A stretch of 61,990 bases of DNA, counting the filler. It is 14 parts of 14 records of this genome, joined end to end, with 100 filler letters (N's around TTAATTAATTAA, not from the genome) between each part and the next. Parts side by side here need not be neighbours in the genome. Positions count along the whole stretch, not along the records: positions 34,133 to 38,118 come from SRR15195285_7951; positions 38,219 to 41,665 come from SRR15195285_7955; positions 41,766 to 45,678 come from SRR15195285_7965; positions 45,779 to 49,005 come from SRR15195285_7975; 10 more parts are not named here. The stretch is one strand, 5' to 3'. Under the pieces are notes generated by a model. That model searched no databases, was not told where the DNA came from, and was given only the letters and a program-made list of their open reading frames with translations. The translations under genes and the position numbers were made by a program. Shown here piece after piece: positions 37,079-46,370 of the stretch (the stretch's first letter is position 1; each line of letters starts with the position of its first letter).

Positions 37079-38088
37079 CTAAGGTGACGGAGAGCGCTTG
37101 CGTCCCGGGCTAGCCTTATTCTTTTTGTTGGTGCTGCTCTTGCCCGACGGCTTCTTTTTGCCTGGGCTCGCCTTCTTGTTCTTGCCTGGAGCGGCCTTCT
37201 TCTTTCGAAAGTCCATGCCCTTAGCTTTGCTTGCCTGCCTGGCTTCATCCGCCCGCCTGCGCGCTTCCTTTAGTCGCTCCTCTTTCAATCGTTTCTGTTT
37301 GTCCTCCTCTGACTCCCCAGGTGGCTCCTCAATCTCGGCTGGTGGCGCCAGTGGCCGCGGGATGATGTGCACCAGCCGGGGTGGCTGAAAATCAAAGATT
37401 GGTCGCCGGCCGAAGTTCACGTATACCCTCGCACCGATCCCGCTGAAGACGGGAAACAGCGGAATGTCAATAGCAAGCTGCATCCTAACAACACCAGCTA
37501 TTGGGTCACCATTCTTAGAGAACTCCACCTCAGTCACCGGCGGTTCACTGGCCTGGTCACGCCAGACTGCAACACCAATTACATCTCCTGGAATGAGGCC
37601 AGATGCCGTGCGGGTTGTGCCACGCCATTTGCTGCGCGCTGCTTCCTCTTCCACTGCGCCGCCCTCCCAGCCCCAACGACCAATTGTGTGCGGTTCAGTA
37701 CAACGTACACCCCCACCTACCGCGGAACTCCACACAGCAGGACCGTTCGGCATTGACGCTGCTTTGGGCTGCGGCTCCTTCAGCCGCGTGTTCTTCCTGC
37801 GTGCTGTATTCGAGCTGGACTTGCCCGAAAATTTCATCGGTTTTCCACTTGGTTGTGTTAGTTCGGGCGGCGCCACTTCGAGTGTTTTCAATGTGCTGTC
37901 CGCGTCTACTTCGACTGCGGATCGCATTTGCAGCTCGTGTACCCGCTCTGCAGATTGCTCACCGGTAGATTCTCTGCCACCTCCACACTTCATTGGTGTT
38001 TGCTCGTGGAGCTTAACGCTCGGTCCACCCAGACCAACTAACACATGCCCATCGGCACTCAGCTGTTCAATGTGAGCTTCAAAATACA
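37079..38088 (-). CDS. SPRY/B30.2-domain protein with Lys-rich tail; 5'-truncated
   Basis: MYFEAHI..VLVGL, PGDVIGVAV..VEFSKNG..LFPVFS..VYVNFGRRP-F are SPRY hallmarks. Confidence 0.75.
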
Positions 38089-38118
38089 TGGTAGATGCCA
38101 ACGCTTTGCCACGTCTGG
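38089..38118 (-). repeat. 30-bp inverted repeat, right copy (contig end)
   Basis: TGGTAGATGCCAACGCTTTGCCACGTCTGG is the reverse complement of 34133-34162. Confidence 0.95.
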
Positions 38119-38422
38119 NNNNNNNNNNNNNNNNNNNNNNNNNNNNNNNNNNNNNNNNNNNNTTAATTAATTAANNNNNNNNNNNNNNNNNNNNNNNNNN
38201 NNNNNNNNNNNNNNNNNNCTTCGCTTCGGACTTGTCCGGAAAGATGGCATCACATCCCCCCACGCGTGCGCGCGCGCGCGGCGTGCGCGCGCGCGCGCGC
38301 GCGTGCAGTGCGTGAACCCTTGCGCGCGGTCCGTCAGCGTACCACGACAACGGTATAAGGATATCCTGCGAGCTACGCTGGCGAGTCGTCCGCTCCAGCA
38401 GAGCGGCCCAGCAGGTCGCGAG

Positions 38423-38959
38423 ATGCTCCGCACCTGCGGAGCGATCGGAGCCGCGGCGGTTGGCGTCAGCGGAATGGCGTACGGCGTGAGCAGGGCTCGG
38501 CCTGTGGGCGATCTGATGCACCCAGCACACACGACTGCTTTGAAATCGAGCGCGGAAATGAATGCATTCATCGAAACCAATGTCGGTGCCGGCAGGACAG
38601 TCTTTGTGCGATGGATTGCCAGTCCAAAGTGAGGGTGATGAGTCGACCAGGCTCCATGCTGGAACGCTGTGACTCAAGAGTACCTCAGCAATGACCGGGT
38701 TGTATTCGCCGACATCGACCTGAGCCAGGATCCTGCCGAGAAGGCTGCGCTAAAGCTCAGCCCGACTGGAGCAGACTTGCTGATTGGGATGAAGGAGACG
38801 GGTGGCTGGCCAGGCCACCGTTACTTCAACACTCTTACCGGCTTGGACGGCAAACCGTATCCTAGAAAGACCGCCGAAATGAAGTGTCACGAGATGAGTG
38901 ACCCAAAGAACATGCGCGAATACGTTGAAAAGGCAGCCGGTCTCCGAAGCGCGCTGTGA
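38423..38959 (+). CDS. Thioredoxin/PDI-like selenoprotein with a U-G-U-U active-site motif (three in-frame TGA)
   Basis: Track ORFs 38303..38632 and 38669..38959 share a frame and are separated only by TGA GGG TGA TGA (38630-38641). The read-through is VFVRWIASPK-U-G-U-U-VDQAPCWNAV..VVFADIDL..GGWP..RYFN, placing the TGAs at the CxxC position of a Trx fold. Confidence 0.85.
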
Positions 38960-39027
38960 GAGTCGTGACCGATGAGGGTCTCAATCAATCACGAAGGAGC
39001 CCTTCCCGGTTTCAGCCATCCGGCCGG

Positions 39028-39110
39028 CAATGCAATGACGCGAGAAGGAGGACAGCGCGAACTTGATCCTGTAATGGGGTGGGTGCGCCGTTCCTTCTCG
39101 CCGAGCGAGT
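39028..39110 (+). promoter_or_regulatory. Candidate SECIS element in the selenoprotein 3' UTR
   Basis: ATGAC (39035) pairs with CGAG (39102) as the non-Watson-Crick quartet, closing a perfect GCGAGAAGGA/TCCTTCTCGC stem. Further GCGC/GCGC pairing, unpaired AA and an apical mini-stem follow. Confidence 0.65.
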
Positions 39111-39739
39111 AGATCGTCGGACGCGTGCAAATTCCAGCATGCACGCTCCGCACGACACCAACACATTGCTAGCTGCAAACTGAACCAGAAAAGAGGCAGC
39201 GCTTCATGGCATAAAAAAAAACAGGAGCAATGGTGTGTTCGGATAACGGTAGTACTCATTGTCGTTTGTCGTTTGTCACACGTTCTGTTGTTCTAACTGA
39301 GCCACGCGCGCCTCGAGCTCTGCAACCCGGCACTCCGCGATACGCAGTAGCTCTCGGTCCTGAACGCCACGCATGCCGTAGCAAACACAAGCAGGTAGGT
39401 CCACCCTGTGTCGGTCCTTAACAAGTACGTCAACAGGGCTTGATGTTTGTGAAACAATAGACATAGGCGGAGACGGAAGGATTATCACACCTCTAGGAGG
39501 CCGCCGATTCCGCCTGCGCCAATCTCTGCGCTTTCCGCCACCCCTCTGAATGCGCCATGCGCTGGGCTGCCCATGGCACTGTGTGATTGGGTGTGATGAT
39601 CCGCCAGGGAGTCTATCGAGCTGAAGTACTGCGGCGGCCTGCGTATGATTGCGTGGTGGAATACACAGCATCGTTGGGCGTCAGTTTGGTTGCGCCTGCA
39701 AGCATCCAGGAGGGGTAACTGATGCTCGAAGCTGAAGAC

Positions 39740-40663
39740 TTACAGCTGCGGGACAGGTAAGCTGACCTTGGCACTATCTAGTTCCAACGCGCCCGAGACT
39801 GGGGAAGTGACCTTCGCACGTACTTCGCGGGAAGAAGCAGTAGCCTTGAGCGGTTTGCAAGAGTTGAGTGCCACCTCCACCGCCTTGATCGACAGTTGTC
39901 CCTCTGGCCCACTCCCTCCGCAGATCCGTGCGATGAGACGCTCCACAAACACGCGTCTCCCGTCCTTTGCAGACTTCGCCGCCGCCAGGTGCTCAGGGCT
40001 CGGTCTCCCTTTCTTGTTGTCGTGCTTTGGAATCGCCGGCAAGCTGTGCCACGCGGCCACATCCTCGTCAGTAATGGCATCGACACCAGGCCCAGAAGCC
40101 ACGCCACTCCTGCTTTCTTCAGTGCTACTTAGTTCACTAGTGTCGAGCACTATCGTGACTGGCCCGTCATTGGCGATGTCTACTAGCATGTGTGCGCCAA
40201 ACTCTCCATCTTTGACACGATCTTCATGATAGTCGCCGCGAGCACGGGTCAGGAAAGCCTCGTACATTGGCTTGGCCTCTTTAGGCGCCATCGCTTTGGA
40301 GAAGTCAGGACGGTTGCCCTTGTGTGTCTGAGCGTATAGTGTGAACTGCGACACGAAGAGGACCTCGTACCCGGCGCTCATCTGCATCGCGGTTGGAAGA
40401 ACCAAGGGTGTGAGTTGCAGAGCACGCGTGGGTCCGCGATGCAGATACGCAATACGCACAACAGACTGCTGCCAGGGCTTGCCAGTCTTGGCATCGTCCC
40501 AAAGCTTCATGTTGAGCACTTTGCGGCAGATGTACTCCGCATCCTTCTCCGCATCACCCCTCGAAATGCCGAGCAGCACGCACAGACCAGGGCCAACGGA
40601 GCTGATCTGCTGACCTCCGACGCTCACGCTCGCGGATTTGACGCGCTGGATGATCGCTCGCAT
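39740..40663 (-). CDS. DTD1: D-aminoacyl-tRNA deacylase with a C-terminal extension
   Basis: MRAIIQRVKSASV, GLCVLLGI, VSQFTL, RPDFSKAM, GEFGAHMLVDIANDGPVT. Intron 40382-40459. The gene may splice onward into the 39276..39671 ORF. Confidence 0.92.
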   Translation of the reverse strand: MRAIIQRVKSASVSVGGQQISSVGPGLCVLLGISRGDAEKDAEYICRKVLNMKLWDDAKTGKPWQQSVVRIAYLHRGPTRALQLTPLVLPTAMQMSAGYEVLFVSQFTLYAQTHKGNRPDFSKAMAPKEAKPMYEAFLTRARGDYHEDRVKDGEFGAHMLVDIANDGPVTIVLDTSELSSTEESRSGVASGPGVDAITDEDVAAWHSLPAIPKHDNKKGRPSPEHLAAAKSAKDGRRVFVERLIARICGGSGPEGQLSIKAVEVALNSCKPLKATASSREVRAKVTSPVSGALELDSAKVSLPVPQL

Positions 40664-41108
40664 CCCCAGTCAATCTCTAGCTAGAACCCAAGGAGAGACC
40701 CCTAGCCTCGCCGCTAGCGGGAGGCGAGATCTTGGCCGCCCCGTAACGCGAAGATGCTGCAGGCCGGCGCGCCGGCGCGCGCGGGCGCGGCGCTCACTCG
40801 AGATCTACCGCGCGGTAGATGGATACCAGCTGTATATTTATCAAGACTGCACCGCACTATTGATCAATAGTATCAAGTATGCATATTCGAATACCATATA
40901 TATCATGTACCATGTACCGTATATATTCGAATACCATATATATCGCGCGCGCGATAGGGCGCATGCATGGCCCGCGCATGCACGGTTGCGCGCGAGCATG
41001 CATGCACTTGCGCGTACATGGAGTATGAGACGCGACGCGGTCTCGCCGGTTGACGTCGCGCCCTGCTGTTTTGCGTGTGGTGGAGGCGTTGTCACGTTGG
41101 CAATTCAT

Positions 41109-41665
41109 ATGGCGTGCAGCCTCCGCCTGCGTCTCCTGCTCCTGCTCGCAGTGCCGCGCGCCGCCTGGAGCAGCCAGGCAGACGATGACAGTCCGCAGCT
41201 GGGCCTCGAGCTGGGCCTCTGCTCAGCACGGACTGCCAGCGGCTGGGATTGGGACATGAGCACGCACCAGATCTTCCGCATGGAAGGCTCGGCGAAGCAG
41301 TGCCTCGGTGTGGCCGCTGTCTCAGCCGGTGCACAGCCGACCCTGCAGCCCTGCGACAAGGCGAACGCCGACCAGCAGTGGGTAGTTGCGGAGGGCACCG
41401 TCGCGGCAAAGAGCTCACCCAGCAGCGGGTGGGTGTCTGAGACTGGGAGCCAGAAGCCGGGGATGCGGGTGTGGCTGTACAACGTCGTGGCAAAGAAAGG
41501 CTACTGCGCGAGCCACCACAGCTGTACATTTACGTTCACAGGTGGCCAGTTCAAGAACCCGGCAGGCAACTGCGTGGTCGCAGTGCCCGTCACACCGTCG
41601 CCAGCGCCGCCGTCGCCAGCACCGCCGTCACCACCCACGCCTCGCCCTCACCCAGGCCCACCGCC
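41109..41665 (+). CDS. Secreted protein with a ricin-B (QxW) lectin-like module and Pro-rich linker; 3'-truncated
   Basis: Signal peptide MACSLRLRLLLLLAVP, then QCLGV..LQPCDKANADQQW, then a PSPAPPSP linker running into the spacer. Confidence 0.7.
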
Positions 41666-41885
41666 NNNNNNNNNNNNNNNNNNNNNNNNNNNNNNNNNNN
41701 NNNNNNNNNTTAATTAATTAANNNNNNNNNNNNNNNNNNNNNNNNNNNNNNNNNNNNNNNNNNNNACTCTTTATCCTCAAATGCAATTCAATTCGCATCC
41801 GGCACTTCAAGCAGCACCCATGCACGGCGCATGTGGTGGGCGCCGGGAACGCTTTCTGCGGTGGGACCAGATTCGGCGCGCTGGC

Positions 41886-41991
41886 GGACGCTAGGCACGA
41901 CGACGAAGGTTGTTGCGAGATCGTGAAAATCGCACGGGAGGACGCTAGGCACGGCGACGAAGGTTGTTGCGATCGTGAAAACCGCACGGGA
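41886..41991 (+). repeat. Tandem duplication (54-nt and 52-nt units)
   Basis: GGACGCTAGGCACG(A/G)CGACGAAGGTTGTTGC(GA)GATCGTGAAAA(T/C)CGCACGGGA occurs twice. Confidence 0.9.
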
Positions 41992-42286
41992 GGCCGTACG
42001 GGTAGTCATGCCACAGGAGATGGAGCGAGACGCTCCTTCAACAACCTCTAGACAGGCGAGGCGACAGTGGCGGAGAAAAAAATGGTTGTCGATAGAAGTC
42101 TGGAGCTTGGGTCGGAGTAATGGGCGAGGCACATCATTATAGTGTAGTGTGTAATCAGCAGTCAACTATCATGTGTACCACCTCAGTCCATTTAACAGCC
42201 ATGGTCACTAATGTGCAAATGTATTCTGGAAGGCAATGTTGCATATTCATTGTCATTATCCTTGTCTGTCAGAATGGCGTGCGTGG

Positions 42287-45200
42287 TCAGCAGCTAGCGG
42301 TCACACACAAGCATAGACAGCCCTCGACGTTGCACTTAATGCTTACATGACCATCCTGATCGACGGCGCCGCCACCCCTCAGCCCTGAAGCCACGCCATC
42401 CGCCACAACACCACACGACACCCAGTGCAGCACCGCGGTCGGGCTCCGCAGAACTGCCGTAATCTGCTCGCCAATGCTGCCAGCCAGCGCCACCTCGACC
42501 CCGGTCGCAGTGACCACAATCGACTGAACCCGGCGCGATGATGCTGCTACGATCTTCCCTGGCTCACCAAGGAACGTCCAGCCGTTGGGTAGAACTGGTG
42601 AAAGCACGTGGTACGAATCCGTGCTCGGAAAATTCGGCGTCGACGGAACTGCAAACGGGTGATCCTTATCGCACAGCACGGTGTGCGTATCTGCCACATG
42701 GCCATGAACAGCCGAGTCAGACGATGTCCCGTTGGCGAGACCATGCCAGTACTCCCAGACGCGGTATGTGGCATCGGCTGGCGCCTCAGGGGCAATATCA
42801 GCTGGGACAACGCTAAAGTTTGATATTTGGCCTGACAGGTCCGCACGAAACACGTATCCAAACCGCACAGATTCGAAACCAGCAGCTGATGAATCCAGCA
42901 GCGCCGCATCACTGGCCAGTGATGTGGCAGCAATGACGATGTCAGAGTGTGTGGCGAAGACGTTCAGCACAATACAAGTGAGGTCACCATCCCACATGCT
43001 GCCTCCCCAACCTCCGTATTGACAGTCCCTGTCAATGCCTAGTCGACCTTCGAAGGGTAGCGCCGTGAGTGCAGAGTCCAGCATTGTCATTGGCTTGTCT
43101 GCCCGCAGCAACACGCCATCCTTGCGGCAGGAGCGCAAAATGAGCGACCGGTTGCCCCCGTACGCTCCGTCAGCAGGGCCGTACGGGCCACCACTCAAGA
43201 CGGCAAGCAGCGTCTGCGTTTCGGCGTTGCGTTCGGCCCAGGAATATACACGTTTTATCGGATGAAGCTGGTCGATCGAATTGTTCGTCCAGACGTTGTC
43301 ACGCGACGGCCAAACGCCCAGGGCGTAATTCAGCATCCCTGAGAGGCCGATCAGTACACCAGACGCTGCATTGCCAGGGTGGCTGTCGATCGTCGCACGC
43401 GTGTTGGTCAGCTTCTGCAACTTCGTGCTAGCGAGCGCATGCACCGGATTGATCATACAAATCTGAAGCGAGATATTAGCAGACTGTGCCGCTGCGTCCA
43501 TATCATCGAGCCATGCCTGGCCAGTGACGACATCGATGTTTGTGAGGTGCGTCGACCGCGAAATGTCGCACATGAAGTCTTGTTCAAACATCCTCATGCC
43601 CGCTTTCGTGCCGTTTGCAAACATAGAATCATAGAACGCGCGGCCTCTCGGCAGAACATTGCCACTATCCACCGGATCAATCGTCCAGGTAAACTGACCA
43701 GACTTGATCCAGACGTTCTCGCCCGAATACGCCGAGGAGTAGAGTGAGAGCGGCAGTCCAAGCCAGTCCGTCAGCCCTGAGGGGAACACGTCCGGCAAAG
43801 CAGTCCAGTTGGTCAAACCGTGACCTCCAGTCCCGTCGCCACCGTTCTGATACATCCACCAGTCATCCCACTGGGAGTAACGGAAGGGAATCTTCCGCGC
43901 CTCCGCGTCAGCTTTCACAGCCAGCAAGCAGTCCTCGTAGGTACCGTTGCCGTCCTTCACCTGCGCGTCATGTGGATCATGATAGTAGAACGATCCTGCG
44001 TCGTTCCAGTGACCCAGGTGGCTGAGGATGAAGTCCTGGTACGGATCAACTCGAGCCTTGCCACCTCGCTCCAGCATAACATCGCCAAAGCTGATAAGGG
44101 TATCGTTGATGCCACGACCAGCTACAAGGAGCGTCTCGTGAACAAACCCGGCCGGGATCTGACGGACACTCGCCTTTATGCCGGCCTGGACGTGGTCCTC
44201 GCTGGCCTTGGTGCTGTGGATGCCAACAAAAAAGTTATCGAGCGGCGATATCACAGCCGCACGGGCTTGCTGGTCGTATAGCAGGAACGGTGCCATCCCA
44301 GCGCTGTTCCCAACAGGTTTACCACCCGTCCACCGACCAACGTGCGTGCCTGTATCCTGCTGATGATTGGGTGCAAGCTGGCAGCCGCCCCATGTGATCA
44401 TGTTCAGCGGGGCTGCAGCAACACCATTCGCAAACACAGGAAATCCGGCCAACACAGAGTCCTGATCCCCTGGCCCTGGTCGGTTGTTGCACTCATGGGC
44501 ATCGACGCCTGCGCCACATGCCTGGCCGCGGTTGAGGGGGTTGCTATGCGTGATGTGGCCGCCGCCTGTGACTCGCGCCGTCATCTTCTTCGGGTCATCC
44601 TTCAGCCCCATCGCACCTGCGATGAGCCAGCAGGTCGGATCTTCCGGCACGGTAGCGTTGGCGACAGTGTACGCGTTGCACTCCATGTGTGCCACACAGG
44701 CAGCAGCACACTGGCTCGCGCTGTAGTTCACGAATCCTACGGGCTGCATCGCCTTGTTCATTGGCGTGCCGCAGCACATGGCACCGCCCTCGGGTGATAT
44801 CCACGCAACGCCAGGCTCGAGTGGGCTCACCTGCAGTGGCCCTTGCAGCGGGGCGCCCTCCGTCATCCCATACGGCGCGGTGGTGTTGGACACTCCGTCC
44901 GGCCATACCTGGCGGAAGATAACCGATCCTGGGACCGGCCCAGCCACCACGGTGGTCTCCCAGCTGACGACCCCATCCCACGCCAGGGCCAAGCCGCCTG
45001 CAACCTTCCGCGCGCCTTCGAATTTAGGCACGGCACCGAACAACGTGACAGGGGCGTTCAGCCCGGACCAGAGCCACGGCACGCCATCGATCGTGGCCTT
45101 GTAATCACCAGTGGTGCCATCGACGAGTACGGAGAGCCCGTCACCGCCGTCTATGACGGTCCAATTCCCACCCTCCGGAGGTGGAGGTGGAGGGCTCGGC

Positions 45201-45649
45201 GGCGACGGCGCCGGGGCCGGTGGGTATGGCGGCGGTGGTGGCGGCGGCGGTGGTGGTGATGGCGGTACCGGCGGTCCCGGTGGCGGCCCTGGTCCCGGTG
45301 GCGGCGCTGGGCCCGGTGGAACGTCGCAGGCATTAGTTTTCCACGGCTTGCTCGCCGCTCCGCGGTCGAGCTGCCACGTCGCCCACCAATGCGCCTGCTG
45401 CGGCATGCACTGCACACTGTCGCAGCTTGAGTACATGGCACAGCTCTGAAGGGCGCTGGGCGGTATGTAGGAGGAAGCGACGAAGTTGATGTACTGGCAC
45501 GCCGGAAGCTTCTCGCAGGCAGCCTGGCAGGCCGTGAGAGTGGAATGAACGATCGGCCACTGCGGCGGCGCCGGGCCGCAGTGCGAGTGGTTGTGGGGCG
45601 GCGACCACACAGGCACTGGGGGGACCCCCAGCGCCACGGCCGCCGCCAC
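42287..45649 (-). CDS. Large, probably secreted carbohydrate-active-like protein: PAN/Apple modules, Pro-rich linker and an unclassified TIM-barrel glycoside-hydrolase-like domain
   Basis: 1120-aa single exon. PAN-like CQAACEKLPAC and SQCAAACVAHMECNAY..CWL. Core motifs HWNDAGSFYY, YSQWDDWWM, FEQDF, LQICM and LSGGPYGPADG..CRKDGVLLRADKP. The N-terminus probably extends past the contig edge. Confidence 0.7.
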   Translation of the reverse strand: MAAAVALGVPPVPVWSPPHNHSHCGPAPPQWPIVHSTLTACQAACEKLPACQYINFVASSYIPPSALQSCAMYSSCDSVQCMPQQAHWWATWQLDRGAASKPWKTNACDVPPGPAPPPGPGPPPGPPVPPSPPPPPPPPPPYPPAPAPSPPSPPPPPPEGGNWTVIDGGDGLSVLVDGTTGDYKATIDGVPWLWSGLNAPVTLFGAVPKFEGARKVAGGLALAWDGVVSWETTVVAGPVPGSVIFRQVWPDGVSNTTAPYGMTEGAPLQGPLQVSPLEPGVAWISPEGGAMCCGTPMNKAMQPVGFVNYSASQCAAACVAHMECNAYTVANATVPEDPTCWLIAGAMGLKDDPKKMTARVTGGGHITHSNPLNRGQACGAGVDAHECNNRPGPGDQDSVLAGFPVFANGVAAAPLNMITWGGCQLAPNHQQDTGTHVGRWTGGKPVGNSAGMAPFLLYDQQARAAVISPLDNFFVGIHSTKASEDHVQAGIKASVRQIPAGFVHETLLVAGRGINDTLISFGDVMLERGGKARVDPYQDFILSHLGHWNDAGSFYYHDPHDAQVKDGNGTYEDCLLAVKADAEARKIPFRYSQWDDWWMYQNGGDGTGGHGLTNWTALPDVFPSGLTDWLGLPLSLYSSAYSGENVWIKSGQFTWTIDPVDSGNVLPRGRAFYDSMFANGTKAGMRMFEQDFMCDISRSTHLTNIDVVTGQAWLDDMDAAAQSANISLQICMINPVHALASTKLQKLTNTRATIDSHPGNAASGVLIGLSGMLNYALGVWPSRDNVWTNNSIDQLHPIKRVYSWAERNAETQTLLAVLSGGPYGPADGAYGGNRSLILRSCRKDGVLLRADKPMTMLDSALTALPFEGRLGIDRDCQYGGWGGSMWDGDLTCIVLNVFATHSDIVIAATSLASDAALLDSSAAGFESVRFGYVFRADLSGQISNFSVVPADIAPEAPADATYRVWEYWHGLANGTSSDSAVHGHVADTHTVLCDKDHPFAVPSTPNFPSTDSYHVLSPVLPNGWTFLGEPGKIVAASSRRVQSIVVTATGVEVALAGSIGEQITAVLRSPTAVLHWVSCGVVADGVASGLRGGGAVDQDGHVSIKCNVEGCLCLCVTASC

Positions 45650-46370
45650 GGCGGTTGCCGCCGCCGCTGCCGCCAGCANNNNNNNNNNNNNNNNNNNNNN
45701 NNNNNNNNNNNNNNNNNNNNNNTTAATTAATTAANNNNNNNNNNNNNNNNNNNNNNNNNNNNNNNNNNNNNNNNNNNNCATGCAGGCGGAAACCCAGACA
45801 GTCCAGGAGAAGATTGCACTGAGGCGTGGCGTGGAGGCGCAAATTGGGCCGATAGCAACTGTGCTGGCTCCAAGCCGTTCATTTGTGGCACACCGTGCCG
45901 CGGCAATGCGCCCGCAGGTGGTGGCCATTGACCAAAGCCATTGTCGAAGGGCACAAGGGCGTCAAGACACCTGTGTTGCCGAAATTCATGATTGTGGATT
46001 TTGCAAAACATGCCTTTTAGGCATCGCGTTGTGCACATTTTTAGATAGCTATCGAATCATGTGAATCGTAATTGATTTGTGAAGCGATTCGAAACGTGTA
46101 GCAATATCTGAAACAAGGCACGCCGTGTTTAGCTACATGGCAAGCTACTGACTTATGCCACCCCGCTGCCAACCGCAACGGTCGGGATAGGCTGGTACGC
46201 TTGCTTGACCGACGGGCTCGCCGCGATGTCATCTGTAGTTGCTGCCACCTTGCGCAACACTGCAGGGCAGTTTGCGCAGCAGCACCTGCGACGGCGGGAG
46301 GAGCAAGAGGTTTTGTTCTCAGTTGGCAATTAGCGCATTTGTACGAAATTGGGTGGTCGGCAGGTATGGC

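Noticed and set aside
38630-38641. Reading the three TGAs as a pseudogene or an intron
   Set aside because: All three stops are TGA, they cluster at the redox-motif position, the rest of the frame is intact, there is no room for an intron of normal size, and a SECIS-like hairpin follows.
38972-39003. ATGA-GGGTCTC...GAGCCC hairpin as a second SECIS
   Set aside because: There is no GA on the 3' side to complete the quartet, and the stem is short.
45170-45320. GGC/GGT-rich low-complexity tract
   Set aside because: It encodes an ordinary poly-proline linker of the minus-strand gene.
45780-46064. 94-aa ORF at the contig start
   Set aside because: No motif; at most the tail of a truncated gene.
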